Source: Actinomycetes bacterium
GTDB lineage: Bacteria > Actinomycetota > UBA4738 > HRBIN12
Assembly: GCA_021155985.1 (NCBI GenBank)
Contig: JAJNBA010000012.1
Coordinates: forward strand, 947 to 64,946
Direction of reading: 5' to 3'
DNA length: 64,000 bases
In this document: piece after piece, positions 8,557-16,959 of the stretch
Layout of the letters: each line of letters begins with the position of its first letter
Position numbering within the stretch: position 1 is the first letter of the stretch
Translations under genes and position numbers: made by a program
The notes under the pieces: generated by a model
Seen by the model: the letters and a program-made list of their open reading frames with translations, nothing else
What the model was told of the DNA's origin: nothing
Databases searched by the model: none

Positions 8557-8724
8557 ATGAAGAAGCTCGATGTCTTGACATTGGCGCTCGCGATCGTCGG
8601 GGCCCTGAACTGGGGCCTCGTGGCGGTGGCGGAGTTCGACCTCGTCGCGACGATCGCCGGCCTCGACTTCGGCGAGACCAACGGGTTCACCCGCGTGATC
8701 TACGCGACCGGGACCACCAGATGA
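8557..8724 (+). CDS. DUF378-family small membrane protein (55 aa)
   Basis: MKKLDVLTLALAIVGALNWGLVAVAEFDLVATIAG..., preceded by the RBS GGGGAGGGAGAAGG. It is the tail of ORF 7717..8724. Confidence 0.75.
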   Translation: MKKLDVLTLALAIVGALNWGLVAVAEFDLVATIAGLDFGETNGFTRVIYATGTTR

Positions 8725-8760
8725 GCCGGGTCGCCGCCTGAATCCCACGGCCACACTGAG

Positions 8761-8796
8761 AGGGCGGGGTTCACGTCGAGAGACGGACCCCGCCCT
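8761..8796. terminator. bidirectional hairpin between convergent genes
   Basis: AGGGCGGGGT (8761..8770) pairs with ACCCCGCCCT (8787..8796) around a 16-nt loop. Confidence 0.5.
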
Positions 8797-8824
8797 CCCT
8801 TCGCTTGCGGGCCTTCGATCGTCG

Positions 8825-10165
8825 CTACTCGGTCACGCGGTAGAGGCGCCAGCGATCGGGCACGCCCTTCAGCTCGTGCTCACCGACGTCTTCGAAGGCG
8901 AGCCCGCTGCCCGCGACCAGGTCCTTCACCGTCTGGGAGACGAGCACCTCCGACGGCCCGGCCGACGCGCCGACGCGTGCGCCGATCACCACGGCCATCC
9001 CGCCTACCTTCCCGTCGATCGTCTCGACCTCGCCCGTGTGCACGCCCGCACGGACCTCGAGCCCCATCGGCGCGACCGCGTCGACGATCGACCGCGCGCA
9101 CCGGACCGCCCGCGCGGGCCCGTCGAACGTCGCGAAGAACCCGTCCCCCGCGGTGTCGACCTCGACGCCGCGGAACCGGGCGAGCTGGCCTCGGACGCGC
9201 CTGTGATGCTCCTCGACGAGCTCCTTCCAGCGCCGGTCGCCGAGTCCGGCTGCCTTCTCGGTAGACCCGACGACGTCGGTGAACAGCACCGTCGCCAGCG
9301 CCCGGTCGAGCTCGGCCTCCACCTCGCCGAGCGAGACCACGAACCGCTCCACCTCGTCGACGATCGCGTCCATGGCGCCCACCCACGGGAAGTGGATGCG
9401 GCCGGGGAGCTCGACGAGCTCGGCGCCGACGATCTTGCTCGCGGTGTCCCGGACGTCCGAGATCGGGAAGTCGAGGTCTCCCATCCGGCCGATCATCAAC
9501 GTCGGCACATGGATCGACGCGAGCGCGTGCGTGGCGTTGATCCCGCTGTTCATCCGCTCGAGGGCGATCGCCGCGCTCGGGCTCGCCGACTTCCGCATGT
9601 AGGACGCGAGCCAGGCGACCAGTCGCTCGTCGTCCTCGTAGCCCGGCGCGCCCCAGCCGGCGATCTCATCGTGGGCGAGCTCGAGCGAGCCCCAGGTCTC
9701 CTCCATCCTCACGAGGTACTCGGCCAGCTCGACCTTGTACGCCGGCTCCCGGATCGTGAAGTCGGCTCCGGTTCCGTAGAGGATGAGGGCGACCGTGCGC
9801 TCCGGGTAGGTCGCGGCGAACAGCATCGACATCGGACCACCCTCGGAGACGCCGAAGACGACGGCCCGCTCTGACCCGACGGCGTCCATGACCGCGCGCA
9901 CGTCGTCCATCCGGGTCTCGAGGTCGGGGAGCCGGTCCTCCGGCACGCGGTCCGAGAGGCCGACCCCGCGCTTGTCGAACAGGATCAGGCGGGAGAACGT
10001 CGCGAGGCGGTCCAGGAGCCGGGCGAACCCCGGTTCGTCCCACATCGCCTCGATGTTGGTCACCCACCCCATCACGAAGACCATGTCGACGGGTCCGTCG
10101 CCGACGACCTGATACGCGATATGGACCCGGTCGGCGGTCTTCGCGTAGCGCGTCTGCCGATCCAC
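8825..10165 (-). CDS. alpha/beta hydrolase - class III cyclase fusion (LipJ/Rv1900c-like architecture)
   Basis: The hydrolase part has FDKRGVGLSD and GVSEGG (nucleophile elbow). The cyclase part has VLFTDVVGST, VDTAGDGFFATF and IGARVGA. I prefer GTG 10165 (VDRQTRYAKT), 4 nt after the upstream stop, over the track start at 10201. Confidence 0.85.
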   Translation of the reverse strand: MDRQTRYAKTADRVHIAYQVVGDGPVDMVFVMGWVTNIEAMWDEPGFARLLDRLATFSRLILFDKRGVGLSDRVPEDRLPDLETRMDDVRAVMDAVGSERAVVFGVSEGGPMSMLFAATYPERTVALILYGTGADFTIREPAYKVELAEYLVRMEETWGSLELAHDEIAGWGAPGYEDDERLVAWLASYMRKSASPSAAIALERMNSGINATHALASIHVPTLMIGRMGDLDFPISDVRDTASKIVGAELVELPGRIHFPWVGAMDAIVDEVERFVVSLGEVEAELDRALATVLFTDVVGSTEKAAGLGDRRWKELVEEHHRRVRGQLARFRGVEVDTAGDGFFATFDGPARAVRCARSIVDAVAPMGLEVRAGVHTGEVETIDGKVGGMAVVIGARVGASAGPSEVLVSQTVKDLVAGSGLAFEDVGEHELKGVPDRWRLYRVTE

Positions 10166-10169
10166 GTGC

Positions 10170-13100
10170 TCAGGAGATGACGCTCGAGCCCTGGGCCACA
10201 CGGTCGGCGCGCTCGATCCACGGCCGGGCTCCGAGACCGTCGAAGATCGAGCGTGCTTCCGCGACGAGCGGCGAGTTGTCGGTCCCTCGCCCTCGACGGT
10301 CGAGCCACTCGCCGTACTCGAGCAGCGCCACCGCGATCGGGAACGGCGTCTGGATCCGACGGAAACCCTCGATCGACTCCGCGAACAGGCGCTCCGCCTC
10401 GTCCTCCGGTCGGTCGGGCGAGCGGGCTTCGATCCGAGCCGCGTGAGCCTGGTAGTACCGAGTTCGCCGGCAGACCGCGTTGGTGCGAACGATCTCGAGG
10501 ATCTCCTCGACCTTGTCCCGGTCGTCTAGCCGGAGCGCCGCCTCCAACCCGAGCGCGATCGACTCCTTCACGCAGGAGTGTCCGAACGACAGCGCGTCCC
10601 GCTCGGCCATCGCGATCTCGGCGAACCGCAGCGCTTCCTTCGACTCGCCTTCGGCCAGGTGCAGCGTCGCCGCGCCGCACGCGTACTCCGCCACCTCCTG
10701 GACATCCGCCGACCTTTGCATCTCGGCGAACCGCTCCAGACGTCGGACCGCCGCGTCGACGTCACCCCGGTGCACCTCGACGGCGGTGCCGTACGCGACG
10801 TACCCCTGGTTGAAACCGAGCCGGGCCCGGTTGAACTCGTCGGGCGGGATCTCATCCAGGGACGCCACGAGCTCATCCCACAGGCCGAGCGAGTACTTCG
10901 GGTAGACGTGGCCGAGCAGGGACGATTCCCAGTACCGGTTCCCCACCCGTCGAGAGAGCGCCAGTCCCTCCCGGACGAGCTGGTCCGCGTCGGCGTACCG
11001 GTCCGTGCCATCGGCGAAGTCCACGAGGTTGTTGTAGGCGCGCATCGCAGCCGAGGGCTTGTCGTGCTGGAGTGCGATCGCGAGCGCATGTCGGAGCAGG
11101 GCCGTCGCCTCGTTCCACCGACCGTCGTTCAGCAGGATCAGCGACTTCGTGTTCAGGGCCTCGGAGAGGACCTCCGGGATGTCGAGTGCCTCGGCGATCT
11201 CAAGCGCGCGGTCGATCCGCTCCAGCCCGCTCGCGCCCTCGCCGCCGAAGTAGGAGTACCTGCCGAGCTGGGCCGCGAGCTGCGCGAGGTCGGCGTTCGG
11301 CTCCTCGTCGGCCAACACGCGGTACGCACGCTCCATCAGCTCGAGCGCATCGGTACCCTTGCCCTGCGACCACATCGCGTCGCCGAGGCGCGCGGACACG
11401 CGGGCCGCCGGGAGCATCGCGTCCTCGGACTCGAATAGCTCGATCGCCCGACGGAAGTGCTCGACGCCGGGCTCGACATCCAGGTGCGCGACCGCCATCA
11501 TCCCCGCCCGCTCGTGCAGCTCGGCGGATCCGAGAGCGTCGTCGGCCAGCTCGATCGCGCGCTCCGCGTATCGCTGCGCCTCTTCGTTGGCGCCGAGGGA
11601 GGCTGCTCGCTCACTCGCTTTCCGTAGCATCGCGAGCGCGTTGTGCCGGACCGGCTCCGCGTCGTCGTCGTCCGGGGCGGCGAGGTACGCGTCGAGGAGG
11701 TGCGAGGCCACGACCTCGACGATCTCGTCCTCGTCGGTCACCGAGCGGAGGTACGCCGCGGCCGCGAGATGCCGCGCTTTCCGCTCCCGCTTCGACATCG
11801 TGTCGTAGGCGACTTTCTTGACGAGGTCCTGCAGGAATCCATACTGGCCGCGATCCGACAGCAGCGGATCGACCGAGATCGAGAGCACCTCCTTCCCGAC
11901 GAGCGAGCTCAGGAGGGTGGAGACCTCCGCCTCCGGCAGGCCGGTGATCGCCACGAGCCCCTGGAGCGTGAACGTCCGGCCGAGAACGGCGGCATCCTGC
12001 AGCAGCCTCCGCTCCTGGAGCTCCAGACCGTCGAGGCGCGCAGCGATCAGCGCCTGGAGCGATTCGGGAACCTCGAGGGTCTCGAGTGACCCTTCGAGGC
12101 GGAACGAACCGTTCTCGCGGACGAGGATCCCCCGGTCGATCAGCATGCGGACCGTCTCCACCGCGTAGAACGGGATCCCCTCGGCGCGTTCGAGGATCCG
12201 TCCCCGCACGCTGTCGGGGAGACCGGGGATCGGATCGCTGAGCAGGGAGTCCATCTGCTCGCTCGGCAGCGGCTCGAGGAAGATAGACGTGAAGTTGCGC
12301 GTCCCGGCGCCCCACGAGGGCCTGCGCTCCGTCAGCTCCGGGCGGGCGAGCGTCACCACGAAGATCGGGCGATCCCGCGACCACTCCACCAGGTATTCGA
12401 TGAAGTCGAGCAAGGCGCTGTCGGCCCAATGGATGTCCTCGAACACCATCACGGACGGCCCTCGGTCGGCGATCCGTTCGAAGAAGATCCGACACGCCGC
12501 GAACAGGTTCTCTTGGTCGCCGACGCCGCCCTCCTCCACCCCGAGGAGGTGACCCAGGCGCGGTCCCACGAAGCGGCGCTCGGCCTCGTCCGGGATCTGC
12601 TCGTGGATCGACGCCATGAGCTTCGCGAGCGCCGACGAGGATTCCTCGTCCTCGAGGATGCCGGCGCGTCCGCGGACCATCTCCGCGAGCGCCCAGAACG
12701 CGACGCCTTCCCCGTAGGCGAGGCAGCGCCCCTGGTGCCACCAGACGTCGTCGACGAGCCCGTCGATGTACTTGTTGAACTCCCAAAGGAGCCGCGACTT
12801 CCCGATGCCCGCGACCCCCAGCACCGAGATGAGGTGCACCTTCCCGTGATCGGCGGAGTCGTGGAACAGCTCCTTGATCATCCGGAGCTCGCGATCGCGG
12901 CCCGTGAAGTGCGGCTCGAGGGCGGTGGACCTGCCCGGCGCCCGCCGGAGCCCGAACACGCGCGATGCGCGCCAGAGATCGACCGGCGCTTCCTTACCCT
13001 TCAGCTCGAACGAGCCGGCGGGCTCGTAGGAGATCACCCGATCCGTCGTACGAAGCGTCGACTCGCCGACCAAGACGGAACCGGGCGTCGCCACCGACTG

Positions 13101-13697
13101 GATCCGCGAGGCGGTGTTCACGAGATCGCCCGCGACCATCCCCTGACCCTCGGCGCCGAGGGCGACCGCGGCCTCGCCGGTCAGCACGCCGGCCCTGGCG
13201 CGCAGGTCCGGCGCTCCCACCTCCTCGCCGAGGCCCCGCACGAGGGCGGTGAGCTCCAACGCCGCCCGGACGGCGCGCTCCGCGTCGTCCTCATGCGCGA
13301 TCGGCGATCCCCAGAGCGCCATCACGGCGTCGCCGATGAACTTCTCGACGACGCCACCGTAGCGCTCCACGACCCGTCGGCTCTCGTCGAAGTAGCGGGA
13401 CAGGAGTTCGCGGACCTCCTCGGGATCGCGCGATTCCGCGAGCGTCGTGAACCCCACGAGGTCGGCGAACAGCACGGAGACGAGTCGGCGTTCGGTGGTG
13501 GACGGCTCGCGTTCTTCGGCTGTGGCGGTCGCGGCCGCCGCCGCGCGGCCCAGCGGCGTGCCGCACTCGCCGCAGAACCGTTGCCCTGGTGGATTCGAGG
13601 CACCGCACGAGCTGCAGGGCGCGGCGAGGGAAGTCCCGCACTCACCGCAGAACCGCTGTCCGACGGGATTGTCGTGACCGCAGCTCGGGCACCGCAT
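10170..13697 (-). CDS. double zinc-ribbon - class III adenylate cyclase - AAA/P-loop ATPase - TPR-like helical repeat protein
   Basis: MRCPSCGHDNPVGQRFCGECG...CSSCGASNPPGQRFCGECG. Cyclase motifs are VLFADLVGFT, EKFIGDAVMALWG and LVNTASRI. The P-loop is VLGVAGIGKS, followed by a long helical repeat C-terminus. ATG 13697 is preceded by GGAGGAG. Confidence 0.9.
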   Translation of the reverse strand: MRCPSCGHDNPVGQRFCGECGTSLAAPCSSCGASNPPGQRFCGECGTPLGRAAAAATATAEEREPSTTERRLVSVLFADLVGFTTLAESRDPEEVRELLSRYFDESRRVVERYGGVVEKFIGDAVMALWGSPIAHEDDAERAVRAALELTALVRGLGEEVGAPDLRARAGVLTGEAAVALGAEGQGMVAGDLVNTASRIQSVATPGSVLVGESTLRTTDRVISYEPAGSFELKGKEAPVDLWRASRVFGLRRAPGRSTALEPHFTGRDRELRMIKELFHDSADHGKVHLISVLGVAGIGKSRLLWEFNKYIDGLVDDVWWHQGRCLAYGEGVAFWALAEMVRGRAGILEDEESSSALAKLMASIHEQIPDEAERRFVGPRLGHLLGVEEGGVGDQENLFAACRIFFERIADRGPSVMVFEDIHWADSALLDFIEYLVEWSRDRPIFVVTLARPELTERRPSWGAGTRNFTSIFLEPLPSEQMDSLLSDPIPGLPDSVRGRILERAEGIPFYAVETVRMLIDRGILVRENGSFRLEGSLETLEVPESLQALIAARLDGLELQERRLLQDAAVLGRTFTLQGLVAITGLPEAEVSTLLSSLVGKEVLSISVDPLLSDRGQYGFLQDLVKKVAYDTMSKRERKARHLAAAAYLRSVTDEDEIVEVVASHLLDAYLAAPDDDDAEPVRHNALAMLRKASERAASLGANEEAQRYAERAIELADDALGSAELHERAGMMAVAHLDVEPGVEHFRRAIELFESEDAMLPAARVSARLGDAMWSQGKGTDALELMERAYRVLADEEPNADLAQLAAQLGRYSYFGGEGASGLERIDRALEIAEALDIPEVLSEALNTKSLILLNDGRWNEATALLRHALAIALQHDKPSAAMRAYNNLVDFADGTDRYADADQLVREGLALSRRVGNRYWESSLLGHVYPKYSLGLWDELVASLDEIPPDEFNRARLGFNQGYVAYGTAVEVHRGDVDAAVRRLERFAEMQRSADVQEVAEYACGAATLHLAEGESKEALRFAEIAMAERDALSFGHSCVKESIALGLEAALRLDDRDKVEEILEIVRTNAVCRRTRYYQAHAARIEARSPDRPEDEAERLFAESIEGFRRIQTPFPIAVALLEYGEWLDRRGRGTDNSPLVAEARSIFDGLGARPWIERADRVAQGSSVIS

Positions 13698-13774
13698 GGC
13701 GTTCTCCTCCAGCTCGGGCATGGTATGGGCGGACACGTGAAGTCACCCCACCCGAGCGGTCAGTATGGCCGTGC

Positions 13775-13801
13775 GGCAGCCGCTCGACTAGAGCGGCTGC
13801 C
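13775..13801 (-). terminator. hairpin spanning the stop of the TolB-like gene
   Basis: GGCAGCCGCTC-GACTA-GAGCGGCTGCC, an 11-bp perfect stem with no U-tract. Confidence 0.4.
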
Positions 13802-14693
13802 AGTCGGGGGCGAAGTCGAACCTCGCGAACGTGCGATGGACGGCTCCGGACCCGTCCGCCCGGATGGTCCAGATGTTGAACCGCTTCCCGTCCTTGGACC
13901 GTCGGTCGAACGCGATGCGCTTCCCGTTCGGCGACCACGTCGGGGCGAACTCCGGCTGTGTGTTGAACGTGAGCTTGACCTCGTGGCTCCCGTCCGAGCG
14001 CATCTTCCAGATGTTCCCGTTCCGGGAGAACGCGATCCGCACTCCGTTCGGCGACCAGTCCGGGCGCTCGTCCACCCGAGGTCCGGCCGTGAGGCGGGTC
14101 GGGTTGGCGCCGTCGGCGTCGATCACCCAGATGTCGTCGAGGGTGGCTCGGTCGCTCGTGAACGCGATCTTCGTGCCGTCGGGCGACCACTCGGGGAACG
14201 CGTCGAACCCGTTCGTGAGCGTGAGCTGGGTCTGGTTCGCGCCGTTCGCGTCCATCACCCAGATGTCCTGCGACGGGTCTTCGGCATCCGACGTGAAGGC
14301 GATCTTCGTGCCGTCGGGCGACCAGGTCGGCCAGGTCTCCTGCACGTCCGGGGTGAACGTGAGCCGAACCTCAGCGGTCCCGTCGGCGTTCATCGACCAG
14401 ATGTCGCAGTTCGGGAAGTCGCCCTCCCCGCAACGGGAGAATGCGATCAGCGTCCCGGTGGCGTCGTAGTCGGGCATGCCCTCGTGCCGGTGCGCGGTGT
14501 GCGTCAGCCGGTTCGTGCCGGTGGTCCCGGGGCGGACGATCCAGATGTCGTTCTGACCGTTCATCGTCCGACCGAACGCGATCTCCCCGTTCCTGCCGGG
14601 GAACGCGGCGTTCGCCGTGGGAGTGAGGGCGATCGACAGCATCAGTGACAGGACCACGGACCACGCGAGCGTCATGCGCCGCACGAGCACCAC
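13788..14693 (-). CDS. secreted TolB-like (PD40) beta-propeller repeat protein
   Basis: The signal peptide is MTLAWSVVLSLMLSIALTPTANA. The repeating unit is P.WSPDG..IAF.S......DIW. Confidence 0.85.
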   Translation of the reverse strand: MVLVRRMTLAWSVVLSLMLSIALTPTANAAFPGRNGEIAFGRTMNGQNDIWIVRPGTTGTNRLTHTAHRHEGMPDYDATGTLIAFSRCGEGDFPNCDIWSMNADGTAEVRLTFTPDVQETWPTWSPDGTKIAFTSDAEDPSQDIWVMDANGANQTQLTLTNGFDAFPEWSPDGTKIAFTSDRATLDDIWVIDADGANPTRLTAGPRVDERPDWSPNGVRIAFSRNGNIWKMRSDGSHEVKLTFNTQPEFAPTWSPNGKRIAFDRRSKDGKRFNIWTIRADGSGAVHRTFARFDFAPDWQPL

Positions 14694-14801
14694 CTCCGTC
14701 GCTTCCCGGGGCGGTCCGGTTGACCAGACCCGATCCGCCGAGCGTAGCCGACCCGGTGGTCCGGTGCGGAGGGCCGCGGACCCGTCAGCCGCCGGTCGTT
14801 C

Positions 14802-15242
14802 CTAGCGGCCAGTGTCGGACATGTTCGAGCGGCCGGCGAAGTAGGCGCCTTCTTCGATCGCGAGCGTCTTGCACGTGATGTCGCCCTCGACCCGCGCCTG
14901 ACCGCCGATACGGACGCCCTGCTCCGCCACGACGTCACCGGTGACGGCGCCGTGCACGGTCACGTTCTGAGCGTGCACGTCCCCCTCGACGCGGCTCTGC
15001 TCCGGCAGCACCACCGCGCCCGGCGCGGTGAGGTTGCCCTTGACGCGTCCGGCGAGGCTGATCGTCTGCGCGTTGATGTCGGCCTTCACCTCGCTGCCGG
15101 CCGCGACCGACACCTCGCCCTCCACGGTGATCGCGCCGGTGAGGCGGCCGTGGATCCGGAGGGAGCCCGCCGAGGTGAGCGTGCCCTCGATCCGTGCGCC
15201 GCGTCCCACGACCGAGATGTCGTCGCTCCGCTGATCGGCCAC
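14802..15242 (-). CDS. bactofilin-family polymer-forming protein
   Basis: Repetitive beta-helix sequence: IEGTLTSAGSLRIHGRLTGAITVEGEVSVAAGSEVKADINAQTISLAGRVKGNL.... I prefer GTG 15242, preceded by GGAGGAGG, over the track start at 15383. Confidence 0.8.
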   Translation of the reverse strand: MADQRSDDISVVGRGARIEGTLTSAGSLRIHGRLTGAITVEGEVSVAAGSEVKADINAQTISLAGRVKGNLTAPGAVVLPEQSRVEGDVHAQNVTVHGAVTGDVVAEQGVRIGGQARVEGDITCKTLAIEEGAYFAGRSNMSDTGR

Positions 15243-15285
15243 GCTGCCTCCTCCGTTCGGTCGGCTGAGTCCGAAGCAGCCTACG

Positions 15286-16200
15286 ATGCCGGTCATGGCC
15301 GGGACCACGCCGAAGGCGCGCGCATCTCGCGAGGTCACGATCTCGAGGCCCGACAAGCAGCTCTGGCCCGACCTCGGCTTCACGAAGCAGGACTACGCCG
15401 ACTACCTGCGCGCCGTTTCTGACGACATGCTCCCCTGGCTCCACGACCGGCCGATCACGATGGTTCGGGCGCCGGACGGCGTCGAGGGCCAGCGCTACTA
15501 CCAGAAGGCGGCGCCGACCTACGCGCCCTCGTGGGTCCGCACCACACGCATCCCCGCCCCGAGCGCGGGGCGTGACGTCGACTACGTCGTCTGCCAGGAC
15601 CTCCCGACGCTCGTGTGGCTCGGGAACCAGGCCGTCCTCGAGTTCCATCCCGCGCCGGTGCGGCGGGATCGTCTGGACAAGCCCGATCTCCTGGTGGTGG
15701 ACATCGATCCGCCCGCGGACGACGCGTTCGCGATGGCCGTCGAGGTCGCGTTCCTCGTCCTCGAGGTGCTCGATGACCTCGGCCTGCCGTTCGGGATCAA
15801 GACGACCGGCGGGAAGGGGCTGCACGTCGTGGTACCGATCGAGCGGCGGGTCGGCCAGGACGAGCTCCGCGCCGGGGTGACGCGGCTCACCGAGATCGTG
15901 GTGGAGCGCCGTCCCGACCTCGTGACCGACGCGTTCCGCAAGGCGAAGCGCGGTGGGCGCGTGATGCTGGATCCGTCACGGAACGGGACCGGCGCAACGA
16001 TCGTGGCGCTGTACTCCGCGCGGGCGCGGGCGGACGGAACGGTCTCGTTCCCGGTCGCGCCCGAGGAGCTGGGCTCGATCTCACCAGCGGACTTCACGCT
16101 GCGGACGGTGCCGGCGCTGCTCGACCGGCCCGGCCCGAAGCGGTGGCGCGCGCTCGCGGATGAACGGGGCCGGCTCCCGAAGGACCTCCTCATCCACTGA
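15286..16200 (+). CDS. stand-alone LigD polymerase/primase (NHEJ PolDom) protein
   Basis: ISRPDKQLWPDLGFTKQDYADYL...YYQK...DLLVVDIDP...GIKTTGGKGLHVVVPI...MLDPSRNGTGATIVALYSAR. Confidence 0.85.
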   Translation: MPVMAGTTPKARASREVTISRPDKQLWPDLGFTKQDYADYLRAVSDDMLPWLHDRPITMVRAPDGVEGQRYYQKAAPTYAPSWVRTTRIPAPSAGRDVDYVVCQDLPTLVWLGNQAVLEFHPAPVRRDRLDKPDLLVVDIDPPADDAFAMAVEVAFLVLEVLDDLGLPFGIKTTGGKGLHVVVPIERRVGQDELRAGVTRLTEIVVERRPDLVTDAFRKAKRGGRVMLDPSRNGTGATIVALYSARARADGTVSFPVAPEELGSISPADFTLRTVPALLDRPGPKRWRALADERGRLPKDLLIH

Positions 16201-16512
16201 GGGCCTTGGCCGGGTAGCGTACGCAGGCGACCTCAGCGAGGATGGAACGATGAAGCCCGAGGACGAGCTGCCTCCGGCGCCGACATCACCACCGCCGTCG
16301 GAATGGGTGCCACCATCGCCCGAACAGCTCGCTGCGACCCCGCCACCACCGGCCACCGGCGCCAACCTCGCGCTGGCGCCCGTGGGAGGCCTCTTCAGCG
16401 GCTTCGACATCGCGTGGGGTCGCGTTCGCCGTGTACCCGCGTGGCGGATCCCCGCCGGCCAGGGCTCCGGTCGCATGGCGCCGGGCGCGCGGGACGCTAG
16501 CGGCTCGCCGCG

Positions 16513-16938
16513 TCACTCCTCGTGGACGCGGCGCAGCCTCTTGATCATCGCACGCCGCTTCTTCGCGGCGATGCGCCGGTCGACCGCCCGCTTGCCCGGC
16601 TTCGTGGGCCGGCGCGTGCGGGGCGGTGGGGCGAGCGCCTCCGCCAGGATGCCCTTCAGCCGCTCCTCCGCGGCCTCGCGGTTCCGCAGCTGCGACCGTT
16701 CCTCCTGGGCGGTGATCGTGAGCACGCCGTCGGTGAGCCGATCGGCCAGGCGCTCCAGCGCGCGGGCACGCTGTACCGGTCCGAGCGCGGTGGTCGTGGT
16801 GAGGTCGAGGCTCAGCTGCACGCGCGAATCCGCCGTGTTGACCGACTGCCCGCCGGGTCCCGACGACCGGCTGAAGCGCCATCGCAGCTCCTTCTCCGGG
16901 ATCGTGACGGAGCGTGTGACGCGGAGCGGGCCGGGCAC
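16513..16938 (-). CDS. arfB: alternative ribosome-rescue factor ArfB (peptidyl-tRNA hydrolase, GGQ)
   Basis: RFSRSSGPGGQSVNT, with a basic C-terminal tail KPGKRAVDRRIAAKKRRAMIKRLRR. Confidence 0.85.
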   Translation of the reverse strand: MPGPLRVTRSVTIPEKELRWRFSRSSGPGGQSVNTADSRVQLSLDLTTTTALGPVQRARALERLADRLTDGVLTITAQEERSQLRNREAAEERLKGILAEALAPPPRTRRPTKPGKRAVDRRIAAKKRRAMIKRLRRVHEE

Positions 16939-16959
16939 CGAAGCTGTCGGCCGCTCCGG

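Noticed and set aside
16250-16512. A Pro-rich ORF (MKPEDELPPAPTSPPPSEWVPPSPEQLAATPPPPATGANLALAPVGGLFSGFDIAWGRV...) fills the 312-nt gap between LigD-Pol and arfB.
   Set aside because: It has no stop until 17275, so it would have to read antisense through all of arfB and into the FN3 gene. It has only a weak RBS and no recognisable family. It might be a truncated remnant, but I cannot support it as a gene.
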